From Scyliorhinus canicula (lineage: Eukaryota), in contig NC_052162.1 in the NCBI RefSeq assembly GCF_902713615.1, positions 124,272,653 to 124,336,652 of the forward strand: a DNA stretch of 64,000 nucleotides. The letters are read 5' to 3'. Both the position numbers and the translations under genes were made by a program. The notes beneath the pieces were generated by a model, which made no database searches, had not been told where the DNA came from, and saw only the letters and a program-made list of their open reading frames with translations. This document shows positions 11,607-24,800 of the stretch, in pieces (position 1 is the first letter of the stretch; each line of letters starts with the position of its first letter).

Positions 11607-12401
11607 ATGGCGGACACACGGACCCCGGACTCAGCAATCCAGTTGGCGCTGGATAACATGCTCCAGGTAATGAAGTCCAGTTTTGAAGCGCTGAAGCGGG
11701 ACAGCTTGGACCCAATCCAGAAAGCGGTGGATCAGCTGAACCAGAGGATGGACGCCCAGGATGTTAAAGTTAAGGAGCTGGGAGAGGCGGTGGAGGAGCA
11801 GGCGGATGCGCAAACGGTTGCAGCGGTAGAAGTGGACGGCCTGAAAGAGCGGCAGAGAAGACTGCTGGACAGAGTGGAGGAGCTGGAGAATAGAGTCCGC
11901 AGGAACAATCTGAGGATGGTCGGCCTCCCGGAGGGGGCGGAGGGAGCTGATGCTGCAGCGTTTGTAGCAGACCTGCTGAAGCAGCTGATGGGAGCCGAAG
12001 CCTTTCCACGACCGCTGGAGCTGGAGGGGGCACACAGAGTGCAGGCAAGGCAGGGGCGGCCGGGCGGATCCCCCCGCCCGATGGTGATTAGGTTCCACAG
12101 GTTCGTGGACAAGGAGCGGGTGCTGCAGAGGGCATAGAGCGCCAGGAGCAGCACGTGGAACAACAGTGTTCTCCGCATTTATCAGGATCTAAGCCAGGAG
12201 GTGGCTCGGCGGCGAGCAGCCTTTAAGAATGTCAAGGAGGTGCTGTTCAAGAAGCACGTGAAGTTTGGTCTGCTGTTCCCAGCCCGGCTATGGGTCACGC
12301 ACCAGGGTCAACACCACTACTTCTCCGAGCCCGAAGAAGCGATGGATTTTGTGAGGGACCTGGGGCTGGTCCCGAAAGGAGGCCCCAAGGACGCGAGTTA
12401 G
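11607..12401 (+). pseudogene. L1 ORF1p with one in-frame TAG
   Basis: Coiled coil, LENRVRRNNLRMVGLPEG, AHR, IYQDLS..RR, FGLLFPARL; TAG at 12135-12137. Confidence 0.9.
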
Positions 12402-12925
12402 GGCCCGAGGATTTTTGTGGGAAGGAACGCCGAATGTGCCTGGACCGCTGCTCAACGGTTTGCTGGGCCAAAGGGGCCAAGCGGAACATTTGAGACTCTT
12501 TCCTTTGTGCATGGACATTTATGTGCTTTTTCTCTTTTTTCTGTGGTTTTTTTCCCTTTTTATGTTTTTTTTTCCTGTTTGGGCTTTTTGTGCAGCTCGT
12601 GGAAGACACTGGAACCGGCTTGCCCCAGTGGGGGGGGAGGAGGACGGGGGAACAAGGGGAATGGGACAGGAAGGCGCTGGAGTGTTGAGTCACCGGGCTA
12701 GCAGATTGGCTAGTCAAGGAAGTCAGATGGGGGGGGGGGAAGTTACAGCCAGTAGATGGCGGGGGTGGGGGTATCGGGGGATGGGGTTAGGGGAGGGGGG
12801 GGTTGTTCTGCTGACGGGGGAGGGACTTGAAATAGGCACTGGAAAGGAGGTCGAGGGTGGAGGCAGCCAAAGGGCGAGCCAGGAATGGCGCGACGCACGG
12901 GTCAGGCGCCGGCCCGAGAAAGGCT

Positions 12926-15900
12926 ATGGCTGACCGGCGGGGTGGGGGGGGTGGGATGTGCCCCCCGACCAGGCTGATCACCTGGAACGTCAAGGGACTG
13001 AATGGGCCGGTTAAGAGGGCGCGGGTGTTCGCGCACTTGCGGGCCCTGAGGGCGGACGTAATTATGTTGCAGGAGACACATCTGAAAGTGTCAGACCAGA
13101 CCAGGCTAAGGAAGGGCTGGATTAGCCAGGTCTTCCACTCGGACTTGGACTCGAAGTCCAGAGGGGTGGCAATCATGATCAACAAGCGCGTGCAATTTGA
13201 GGCAGAGGGCATATCTGCAGACAGGGGGGGCAGATACCTGATGGTACGGGGCAGACTGGAGGGGAGAAGGGTGGTGCTGGTGAATATATATGCCCCGAAC
13301 TGGGATGACGTGGACTTTATTAAAAGAGTGCTGGGGAAGATCCCGGACTTGGATTCTCGCAAGCTAATAATGGGAGGGGACTTTAACATGGTCCTTGACC
13401 CGACTTTGGATCGGTCGTGTCCCAGAACGGGTAGACTCTCAGCAATGGCAAGGGAGCTGAAAGGGTTTATGGGGCAAATGGGGGCAGTGGACCCCTGGAG
13501 AGAGGGACAGCCAACAGGAAGGGGCTACTCGTTTTACTCGCACGTCCATAAAGTATATTCCAGGATAGATTTCTTTGTAATAAGCAGGGACTGTATGGGG
13601 GAGGTAAAGAACACGGAATACTCAGCAATTACCATTTCAGACCATGCCCCGCATTGGGTGGACCTGCAGTTCGGGGGAGCGAGTTATCAACGCCCGCAAT
13701 GGAGGCTTGATGTGGGACTGCTGTCGGAGGAGGGGATCTGCGAGAGGCTTCGGAAATGTATAAAAAATTACCTGCAGGTGAATGACACTGGGGAGGTCTC
13801 AGCGGCGACCGTGTGGGAGGCGCTAAAGGCAGTAGTTCGGGGGGAGCTGATTTCAATTGGGGCCCACAAAGCCAAGGCAGACCGGGCAGAGATGGATAGA
13901 TTGGTCAGGGAAATGGGCCGGATAGATGAAGAGCACGCGGAGTCCCCGGGGGAGGTTTTACTCAGGGAAAGGCGGAGGCTACAGGCGGAACTGGGGGCAC
14001 TATCCACGAGCAGGGCCGTGGAACAGCTTAGGAAGGCGAGGGGAGTGGTGTACGAGTATGGGGAAAAGGCTAGCAGACTGTTAGCGCAGCAACTCAGGAG
14101 GAGGGAGGCGGCCAGGGAAATAGGTAGAGTGAGGGACGAGGGGGGGCGCAAAGTGGAGGATCCGGCAGAATTGAATAGGGTATTCCGGGACTTCTATCGT
14201 AAGCTGTATACTTCGGAGCCGCCGGAAGAACCGGAGGGGATGAAAAGGTTTCTGGACGGGTTAACATTCCCAACAGTTGGGGGGGGGGCAAGTGGAAGAG
14301 CTGGGCGCCCCGATTAGAGTAGAGGAGGTATTGGGGGGCCTAAAGGCCATGCAGTCGGGGAAGTCCCCGGGGCCGGATGGATACCCAGTAGAGTTTTATA
14401 GGAAGTTCTCTGAGCTGGTGGGCCCGGTCTTGGCGAGGGTTTTCAATGAGGCAAGGGACAGAGGGACCCTGCCGCCGACAATGTCACAAGCCACCATATC
14501 TCTGATATTGAAGCGGGGTAAAGACCCGGAGGTGTGCGGGTCCTACAGGCTAATCTCCCTGATTAATGTAGACGCCAAGCTCCTGGCAAAGGTACTGGCG
14601 GGGGGAATGGAGGACTGTGTACCGGAGGTGATTGGGGAGGATCAAACGGGGTTCGTGAAAGGTCGGCAGCTGGCGGCCAATCTGAGGAGATTGCTCAACG
14701 TGATAATGATGCCCCCGGCGGGTAGAGAGGTGGAGGTAGTGGTGGCAATGGACGCCGAGAAGGCCTTTGACCGGGTGGAGTGGGACTATCTATGGGAGGT
14801 GCTCGGACGGTTTGGGTTCGGGGAGGGATTGGTGGATTGGATCAAATTATTATATCAGGCCCCGAGGGCCAGCGTCAGGACCAACAGAGAAGTGTCGGAG
14901 TACTTTAGGTTGTACCGAGGGACCAGGCAGGGCTGCCCGCTCTCCCCGCTGCTGTTTGCGCTGGCCATAGAGCCGCTGGCGATGGCGCTGAGAGCCGCAG
15001 AGGGTTGGAAGGGGATGGTGAGGGGCGGGGTTGAACACAGGGTTTCTCTTTATGCAGACGACCTGCTCCTGTACGTGTCGGACCCAGTGGCCGGGATGGG
15101 AACTATACTGGGAATGCTGAGGGAGTTCGGTCAGTTCTCAGGATACAAATTAAATACGGTCAAGAGTGAAATGTTTGTGGTCCAGGCAAGGGGCCAGGAG
15201 AACAGATTGAGAGGGCTACCGTTTAGGCTGGTTGAGGAAAATTTCCGGTATTTGGGAATCCAGGTGGCACGAGACTGGGGCAGGCTGCATAAGTTAAATT
15301 TGGCCAGGGTGGTGGAGCAAATGAAGGGAGAGTTTCGGAGATGGGATGCACTCCCGCTGTTGCTGGCAGGGAGGGTGCAGACTGTAAAGATGACAATCCT
15401 CCCTCGATTTTTGTTTATTTTTCAGTGCCTCCCGATCTTTATCCCACAGTCCTTCTTCAAAAGAGTTAACGGGCTGATCATGAGCTTTGTCTGGGCGGGA
15501 AAGTCTCCGCGGGTAAAGAAGGCGATGTTGGAGAGGAACCGCAGCGAGGGAGGGCTGGCTTTGCCGAGTCTGGTCAATTATTACTGGGCGACCAACATCG
15601 CTATGATAAGGAAGTGGATGGTGGGTACGGGGTCTATTTGGGAGCGGGTGGAGGCGGCTTCGTGCAGGGGCTCCAGTTTGGAAGCCCTGGTCACGGCTCC
15701 TCTACCGCTGCCGCCGGCCAAGTACACCACCAGCCCGGTGGTGGCGACCCTGCGGATATGGGGCCAGTGGAGGAGGCATGTGGGGGAGATGGGGGCGTCT
15801 GTCTGGGCGCCAATCTGCGACAACCATCGGTTTGCCCCCGGCAGTATGGATGGGGGGTTCCGAGTATGGCGGCGAGCAGGGGCGGGAAGGGTGGGTGATA

Positions 15901-16718
15901 TGTTCCTGGAAGGGAGCTTCGCGAGTTTGAGGAGCTTGGAGGAGAAATTTGGGGTGGTAAGGGGAAATGATTTTAGATAACTACAGTTGCGGGACTTTGT
16001 TCGTAGACAGGTCCCATCTTTCCCGCGCCTCCCGCCAATGGGGATCCTAGACAGAATAGTCTCTGGGAGGGATGAAGGGGAGGGTAGAGTCTCGGGTATT
16101 TATAAGGTGCTCATGAGGGAGGAAGGGTCCCAGACAGAGGAACTGAAACTTAAATGGGAGGAGGAGCTAGGCGGGGAAATGGAGGATGGGCTGTGGGCAG
16201 AGGCCCTGAGTAGGGTAAACTCGACCGCGACATGTGCTAGGCTCGGGCTGATCCAATTTAAGGTCGTTCACCGGGCCCATATGACGGTGGCTCGGATGAG
16301 CAAATTTTTCGGGATAGAGGACAAATGCGCTAGGTGCGCGGGAGGACCAGCAAACCATGTGCACATGTTTTGGGCATGCCCTGAGCTGAGGGGGTACTGG
16401 GAGGGATTTGCGGGGGTCATGTCCCAGGTGCTAAAAACAAGGGTGGTGATGAGCCCAGGGGTGGCAATTTTTGGGGTTTCGGAAGACCCGGGCGTCCAGG
16501 GGGAGAAAGAGGCCGATGTGCTGGCCTTTGCTTCCCTGATAGCCCGGCGACGAATATTATTGGCGTGGAGGGACTCAAAGCCCCCGAAGACGGAATGGTG
16601 GCTTGCGGACATGTCGAGTTTCCTGGGGATGGAAAAAATCAAGTTCGCCTTGAGGGGTTCTGTGCAGGGGTTCACCCGGAGGTGGCAACCATTTATTGAC
16701 TTCTTTGCGGGAGAGTGA
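12926..16718 (+). pseudogene. L1 ORF2p (APE endonuclease + RT) with one frameshift and one stop
   Basis: TWNVKG, LQETH, GGDFN, SDH; GTRQGCPLSP, YADD, C..C..H..C; frameshift in G run near 14279-14288; TAA at 15978-15980. Confidence 0.92.
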
Positions 16719-16957
16719 GCGTCAGCAGGGGGGGGGTTAGAGTAGAGTAGGAGGGAAAATATGGCGGGTAGTACCGGTGGGAGGGGAGCGGGCTTGTGCA
16801 ATATGTTACGGTGGAAGTATTGAAAGTACGTGGATGTTTGCACATTTTTGCCTTTTTTGCTTCCTTTCTGATGATGTCTGTAACTGTTTATAAAGCCAAA
16901 AACTACCTCAATAAAATTGTTTATTAAAAAAAAAAAGAAGAAATCTGTCAGTCTCTG

Positions 16958-17365
16958 CTTTAAACACACTCAGTGACTGAGCTTCCACAGCCCTCTGGGG
17001 TACAGAATTCCAAAGATTCACAACCCTCTGAGTAAAGAAATGTCTCCTCCGAGACCGGTCCTAAGTGGCTTCCCCCTTATTTTGAAATTGTGTCCCCTGG
17101 TTTCAGACTCCCCAACCCGGGGAAACGTCTCACCTGCACCCAGCCTGTCTATTCCTTTGTGGATTTTGTAAGTTTCAATGAAATCCCCTCTCATTCCTTG
17201 AAACTCCAGAGAAAAGAGGCCTAGTTTCCCCAATCTCTCTTCACAGGACATTCCTGTCAAACCCGGAACAAGTCTGGTGAAACTTTGTTGCTGTCCCTCT
17301 GTGGCAATACCTTTCCTGCAGTAAGGGGAGTAAAACTGCACACATTACTCCAGCTGTGGTCTGAG
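16958..17365 (-). mobile_element. CR1 3' fragment (continues at about 10990-11119)
   Basis: EERL..LGLFSLE..RGD.IETYKI..G.D..TRGHNFKI; homologous to 49000-49620 and 60240-60960. Confidence 0.8.
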
Positions 17366-17369
17366 AATT

Positions 17370-18612
17370 TCATAATGATCAATGTCAAGGCCACTGGACG
17401 GTATTCATTGAGGCACGTTGCCTGGTTCTTCTTTGGCCCTGGTGGTCTTCTTGAAGCAGGTGGGAACCTCAGAACGGAGTAGGGAGAGGTTGAGGATGTC
17501 CGCGAACACACCTACCAATTGGTCAGCGCAGGATCTGGGTGCATGGCAGGGACTCCGTCAGGACCTGTCGCTTTCGAAGGGTTCACTTTCAAGAAGGCCA
17601 ATCTGACTTTGGAGGCTGTGATGGTGGGTATGGGTGTGTCCAAGGCTCCTGGGGCAGTTTGTTGGTTTCCTGCCCGAAATAAGCAGAGAATGCATTGAGT
17701 TTGTCGGGGAGGGCTGCGCTGTTGCTGAAGATTCTACTCGGCTTTACTTTGCACCCATGTTATTTAAGCCGTGCCACAACCAACGAGAGTCCATGTCGTT
17801 AATCTGTGATTCAAGCTTCGTCCGGTATTGTCTCTTGGAGTCCGTGATGGCTTTGCGGAGGTCATACCTCGATCTTTTGATTAGGTCAGGGTCGCCTGTC
17901 TTGAACTCCTCAGACGTGGCCTTCTATAGGGAGTGAATTTCCCGATTAAACCATGGTTTCTGGTTGGGTAACGTACATACTACCTTTTTTGACATACAAT
18001 CTTCTGCACATTTTTTGATGAAGTCTGTGATGGTGCTGGCAAACTCGTTTAGGTTGGCTGCTGAGTTCTTGAATACGGACCAGTCCACTGACTCCAAGCA
18101 GTCATGTAGGAGCTCTTCTGTTGCCTCGGACCAGCATTACACAACCTTCTCCACCGGATTCTCCGCTTAAGTTTCTGCTTGTATGCAGAGAGAAGGAGCG
18201 CCATCCTGTGGTCTGAATTTCCAAAGTGCAGTCAGGAGATGGATTGAGAAGCGTCCTTGATATTTGTGTAGCAGTGGTCAAGGATGTTGGGGCCCCTGTT
18301 GGGACAGGAGATGTGTTGGTGGAATTTTGGCTGTACTCGAGGTTGGCCTGGTTAAAGTACCCGGCCACGATGAACAAGGCCTCCGGGTATTCTGCTTCAT
18401 TGTTATTTATAGCGGTTACAATTCATCAAGCGCCTTCACTTCCGCCTGGGGTGGGATGTAGACCGCTGTGATGATGGTAGAAGTAAACTCTGTGGAAGGT
18501 AGTATGGACGGCACTTCACAGTCGGGTATTCCAGGTCCGGGGAGCAGTAGTTCGCCAGGGTCACCACATCCGAGCACCAGGACGAGTTGATGTGAAGACA
18601 AATCCCTCCACC
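17370..18612 (-). mobile_element. Decayed Rex1/Babar-type LINE fragment
   Basis: GGGICLHINSSWC..CSPDLEY..CRPYYLP, AVYIPPQA, CLNEYRPVALT.IIMK motifs. Confidence 0.65.
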
Positions 18613-18669
18613 CACTCCAGGTTCAATCCTGGATGTGATTAACAGCAGGAATAGCAGCAGAGTGCAACA

Positions 18670-18798
18670 TGTCCTCACTTGTGAACTCTGTGGTGTCTCA
18701 GCATGTTGGATGACTGAGTGAATCCCTTCCCGCAGTGAGAGCAGGTGACTGGTCTCTTTCCAGTGTGGACTCGATGGTGTGTCAACAGGGCAGATTGT
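18670..18798 (-). pseudogene. Relic zinc fingers displaced from the 3' end of ZNF-D
   Basis: [40 protein letters not shown]; joins relic fingers at 27051-27250. Confidence 0.7.
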
Positions 18799-20079
18799 TG
18801 TTGAAAACTCACCACTATTTTTAGAATTCCACCTATACCAAAAAGGTCCGACATTCTAAATGATGAACAGGGATTCTCACTCCCTGACTCTGATGTAGGC
18901 TTCGGTGGGTGCTATTCAGGTCAAACTATGTTTTCAAGTTATCCCCTGGTATACCCCATGCCTTCACAGAAGATTTCATCTACTTACCACTTAGTAGCAT
19001 CGATCTTGGGTCCCGCATTGCTAAGTAAGTAAAGTAGACTTAGGAATAACCACTGTTTCAGGTTCAAACTTTTAAATTATTTTATTATTATATTTTTTCT
19101 TTTAAAATATGCAATCACTGGATCCTTCTGGTTGGTTGAAGGGACCTTCAGGCCCAACTTGACAATCAATCTTCTTTTTAAAATCTGGTCTTCTTTAGAT
19201 GTATTCACTGTTCTGCTTGGTTGCTAGGTTCTATCTTTCCCATGTACCGAGCCGTGAGAGCTGACTCTGCTGACTGTCTCTGAGCTGACTCTGCCTCCTC
19301 TTTAAATTCTGGTCTTCCTTGGATGTATTAGCTGTTTTAGCTCGGCTGCTTTGCTCTGTCCCATGACCGAGCTGACTATAAGCTGACTCTGCTTCTCTTG
19401 TTCCTTCTCTGCCTCTTTCTCAGGTTTATGTATGTTTCTGACAGTTATTAAGTTTTTATGACTTTATTGTAAAGTAACTTTTATTTCACTTGGATTGTAA
19501 AAGGTACCTTTAATCTGAATTTTTCTTTTTTTTAAAAATAATTTTAAATCAAATTTTCACATTTTCACACAAAAGAAAACAGTAACAGAAAATTCAAAGA
19601 ACAAACCCCCCCTCCCCCCATATATACAAAAGAGAAGCAATAAATAAACGCCCGACGTTGGCAAAGATTTAACCCAAAACAAAACCCCCCCCCCCCCGGG
19701 TTGCTGCTGCTGCTGACCTTTTGTTTTTACCGTTCTGCCAGGAGATCTAGGAATGGTTGCCATCTCCTGAAAAACCCTTGCACTGACCCCCTTAGGGCAA
19801 ATTTCACCTTCTCCAATTTAATAAACCCCGCCATATCGTTGACCCAGGCCTCCACGCTTGGGGACCGCGCATCCTTCCACTGAAGAAGAATCCTCCGCCG
19901 GGCTACTAGGGACGCAAAGGCCAGAACACTGGCCTCTTTCGCCTCTTGCACACCCGGCTCCACTGCAACCCCAAATATTGCGAGTCCCCAGCCTGGATTG
20001 ACCCTGGATCCTACAACCCTCGATACCGTCCTTGCTACACCCTTCCAAAACTCCCCTTGCGCTGGGCATGCCCAGAACA

Positions 20080-21260
20080 GAAAGCCATTGACAAGGTGCC
20101 ACACAAAAGGTTGCTGCATAAGATAAAGATGCATGGCATTAAGGGTAAAGTAGTAGCATGGATAGAGGATTGGTTAATTAATAGAAAGCAAAGAGTGGGG
20201 ATTAATGGGTGTTTCTCTGGTTGGCAATCAGTAGCTAGTGGTGTCCCTCAGGGATCCGTGTTGGGCCGACAATTGTTCACAATTTACATGGATGATTTAG
20301 AGTTGGGGACCAAGGGCAATGTGTCCAAGTTTGCAGATGACACTAAAATGAGTGGTAAAGCGAAAAGTGCAGAGGATACTGGAAGTCTGCAGAGAGATTT
20401 GGATAGGTTAAGTGAATGGGCTAGGGTCTGGCAGATGGAATACAATGTTGACAAATGTGAGGTTATCCATTTTGGTAGGAATAACAGCAAACGGGATTAT
20501 TATTTAAACGATAAAATATTAAAGCATGCTGCTGTGCAGAGAGACTTGGGTGTGCTAGTGCATGAGTCACAGAAGTTTTGGTTTACAGGTGCAACAGGTG
20601 ATTAAGAAGGCAAATGGAATTTTGTCCTTCATTGCTAGAGGGATGGAGTTTAAGACTAGGGAGGTTATGTTGCAATTGTATAAGGTGTTAGTGAGGCCAC
20701 ACCTGGAGTATTGTGTTCAGTTTTGGGCTCCTTACTTGAGAAAGGACGTACTGGCACTGGAGGGTGTGCAGAGGAGATTCACTAGGTTAATCCCAGAGCT
20801 GAAGGGGTTGGATTATGAGGAGAGGTTGAGTAGACTGGGACTGTACTCATTGGAATTTAGAAGGATGAGGGGGGATCTTATAGAAACATTTAAAATTATG
20901 AAGGGAATAGATAGGATAAATGCGGGCAGGTTGTTTCCACTGGCGGGTGAAAGCAGAACTAGGGGACATAGCCTCAAAATAAGGGGAAGTAGATTTAGGA
21001 CTGAGTTTAGGAGGAACTTCTTCACCCAAAGGGTTGTGAATCTATGGAATTCCTTGCCCAGTGAAGCAGTTGAGGCTCCTTCATTACATGTTTTTAAGGT
21101 AAAGATAGATAGTTTTTTGAAGAATAAAGGGATTAAGTGTTATGGTGTTTGGGCCGGAAAGTGGAGCTGAGTCCACAAAAGATCAGCCATGATCTCATTG
21201 AATGGCGGAGCAGGCTCGAGGGGCCAGGTGGCCTACTCCTGCTCCTAGTTCTTATGTTCT
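20080..21260 (+). mobile_element. 5'-truncated young CR1 LINE inside L1 ORF2
   Basis: DKVPH..GVPQGSVLG..KFADDTK..LVRPHLEYC; ttcttatgttct tail; interrupts the L1 ANHVHMFWAC motif. Confidence 0.9.
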
Positions 21261-21710
21261 AACATGTGGACATGGTTTGCTGGGCCCCAGAGCATCTAAC
21301 ACAACTGTCCTCACTCCCAAAAAACCGACTCATCCTTGTCCCAGTCATATGAGTCCTATGCAGCACCTTAAACTGTATAAGCCCAAGCCTCGCACATGAA
21401 GAGGAGGAGTTCACCCTTTCCAGGGCATCCGCCCACTTCCCCTCCTCAATCTCCTCACCCAGCTCCTCCTCCCATTTACCTTTCAGCTCCTCCACCGAGG
21501 CCTCGTCTACCTCCTGCATCACCTGGTACGCTTCCGAGATCCTCCCCTCTCCATCCCATACCCCCGAGAGCACCCTGTCCTAGACCCCAGGCGGCGGCAG
21601 CAGGGGGAACCCCGCCACCTGACAAATGCCCTTACTTGCATGTACCTAATGGTGTTCCCCGGGGGGAGCCCAAACTTCCCTTCCAGCTCACCCAGGCTCG
21701 TAAACTTCCC

Positions 21711-21822
21711 ATCTATTCCCGTACCAGCCTCCCCGGACAGGCGCCGGAATGTGGCGACTAGGGGCTTTTCACAGTAACTTCATTGAAGCCTACTCGTGAC
21801 AATAAGCGATTTATTATTTATA
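21711..21822 (+). mobile_element. 5'-truncated short SINE
   Basis: Nearly identical to 37980-38080. Confidence 0.75.
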
Positions 21823-24800
21823 TGAACAGGTCCCCCAGCCTCCTGACACCTGCCCTGTGCCAACTCAGGAACCCGCCATCAATTCTCGCCAGAACAAACC
21901 GGTGGTTCCCCCGTATCGGGGACCCCATCGAGGCCCCCACCTCCCCCCTGTGCAGCCTCCATTGCCCCCAAATTTTGAGGGTCGCTGCCATCACCGGGCT
22001 CGTGGTATACCTTGTTGGAGGGAGCGGCAGCGGCGCCGTTACCAGCGCTCCCAGGCTCGTGCCCACACAGGATGCCATCTCCATCCTCTTCCATGCTGCC
22101 CCCTCCCCGTCCATTACCCACTTACGCACCATCGCTGCGTTGGCAGCCCAATAATACCCACAGAGGCTGGGCAGCACTCCAGAAACACTCTTCTCTCCCT
22201 CGGGGTCCCGTGCGCCCACACAAATCCCGTAATGCTCCTGTTAACCCGCCTGAAAAAGGCCTTTGGGATAAGGATGGGAAGGCACTGGAACAGGAACAGA
22301 AACCTCGGGAGCACCGTCATCTTGACTGACTGCACCCTACCCGTCAGAGACAGCGGCAGCATGTCCCACCTCTTAAACTCCTCCTCCATTTGCTCCACCA
22401 GCCTTGTGAGGTTAAGCTTACGCAAGGCCCCCCAGCTCCTGGCCACCTAAACCCCAAGTACCTGAAGCTCCTCTCCGTCCTTTTCAGTGGGAGCCTCCCA
22501 ATCCCCCCCCCCCCACTCCCGGTCCCGCGAGTGTATCACAAACAGCTTGCTTTTCCCAAAGATAAGCTTATACCCTGAGAAATCCCCAAATTCCCGGAGA
22601 ATCCCCATCACCACCGGCATTCCCCACACCGGGTTCGCCACACACAAGAGGTCGTTCGTGTAGAGCGACTCTCGGTGCTCCTCCCCACCCCGGACCAGCC
22701 CCCTCCAATCCCCTGACTCCCTCAGCGCCATAGCCAGGGGTTCAATTGCCAGCGCAAAAAGTAGGGGGGACAGGGGACACCCCTGCCTCGTCCCTCGGTG
22801 TAGTCGAAAATACTCCGACCTCTTCTTATTCGTGGCCACACTCGCCATCGGGGCCTCATACAACAGTCTCACCCAACTGACAAACCCCTCCCCAAACCCG
22901 AACCTTTCCAGCGCCTCCCACAAGTACCCCCACTCGACCCGATCAAAGGCCTTCTCCGCATCTAGCACCACCACTATCTCTGCCTCCCCTTCTACCGCCG
23001 GCATCATTATAACGTTCAAGACCCTCCGTATATTAGTGTTCAGCTGCCTCCCCTTCACAAACCCCGTTTGATCCTCGTGGATAACCTGCGGCACACAATC
23101 CTCTATCCTCGCGGCTAAGATCTTTGCCAACAACTTGGCGTCTACATTTAAGAGTGAGATCGGCCTGTATGACCCACACTGCAGGAGATCCCTGTCTCGC
23201 TTAAGAATCAAGGAGATCAGCGCCCGAGACATCGTCGGAAGCAAAGACCCCCCCCCCTCCCTTGCCTCGTTAAAAGTCCTAACCAACAGGGGGCCCAGCA
23301 GGTCTGCATACGTCTTGTAAAATTCAACCGGGAACCCATCCGGCCCCGGCTCCTTCCCCGACTGCATGTTCCCTATCCCTTTGACCAGCCCCTCAAGCTC
23401 AACTGGCGCCCCCAGACCCTCCACCCTCGGGAATCTCAGCCGGTCTAAAAAGCGCCCCATCCCCCCTTCTCCGCCGGAGGTTCAGACCGATATAGTCTCT
23501 CATAAAAGTCCTGAAGACCCCATTAATGTCTACCCCACTCCGCACCACATTTCCTCCCTGATCCTTAACACCACCAATCTCCCTAGCTACATCCCGCTTA
23601 CGGAGCTGGTGTGCCAGCATCCTACTCGCCTTCTCCCCATACTCGTACACCGCACCCTGAGCCTTTCTCCATTGAGCCTCCGCCTTTCTGGTGGTCAACA
23701 AGTCAAACTCAGCACGAAGGCTGCGCCGCTCCCTCAGCAATCCCTCCTCCGGGGCCTCCGCGTACCTCCTGTCCACCCTCACCATCTCCCCCACCAATCC
23801 CTCCCTTTCTCTCTGCTCCTCTCTCTCTCTGTGGGCCCGAATGGAGATCAACTCTCCCCGAACCACCACCTTCAGCGCCTCCCAGACCATCCCCACTCGG
23901 ACCTCCCCATTATCGTTGTCCTCTAGATACCTCTCAATACATCCTCGAACCCGCCCCCTCACCACCTCGTCCGCCAGCAGCCCCACCTCCAAGCACCACA
24001 ACGGGGGCTGGTCCCTCTCCTCCCCCAGCTCGAGGTCCACTCAATGCGGGGCATGGTCCGAAATGGCTATCGCAGAGTACTTAGCGTCTACTACCCCCGC
24101 AATCAGCGCCCTACTCAAAACGAAAAAAATGGATCCGGGAGTAGGCCTTATGCACATGGGAGAAGTATGAAAATTCCCTGGCCCTTGGCCTCGCGAATCT
24201 CCATGGATCCACCCCTCCCATCTGGTCCATAAATCCCCTCAACACCTTAGCCGCCGCAGGCCTCCTACCCGTCCTGGAACTGGAGGATCCAAACCGTGTT
24301 GAAATCCCCCCCATTACCAGGCCCCCGCCTCCAAATCTGGAATCCGGCCCAACATGCTCCACATGAAACCTGCATCATCCCAATTTGGGGCGTATACATT
24401 GACCAGCACCACCCGCTCCCCTTGCAGCTTGCCACTCACCATCACATACCTCCCACCACTATCTGCCACCACACTCGACGCCTCAAACGACACCCTCTTC
24501 CCCACCACCCTCCGGTTTTTTGCATCCAGCCCCGAATGAAACACTTGGCCCACCCACCCCTTCCTCAACCTAACCTGATCCGCCACCTTCAGGTGCGTCT
24601 CCTGTAGCATAGCCACGTCCGCCTTCAGCCCCCTCAAATGCACGAACACGCGGGACCGTTTAACCGGCCCATTCAGTCCCCTCACATTCCAGGTGATCAG
24701 CCGGATCGGAGGGCCACCTGCCCCCCTCCCCCGTCGACTAGCTATCACCCTTCCGTAATCCGCCACGTGCCCGCGCCCCCCACTCAGCCCGTTTCCCAGG

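Larger units (their letters stand above)
11120..16938 (+). mobile_element. Full-length young L1 (about 5.8 kb)
   Basis: 19-bp TSD agaaatctgtcagtctctg (11101-11119, 16939-16957), AATAAA 16910-16915 plus A tail, ORF1 and ORF2; inserted in a CR1 3' piece. Confidence 0.95.
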
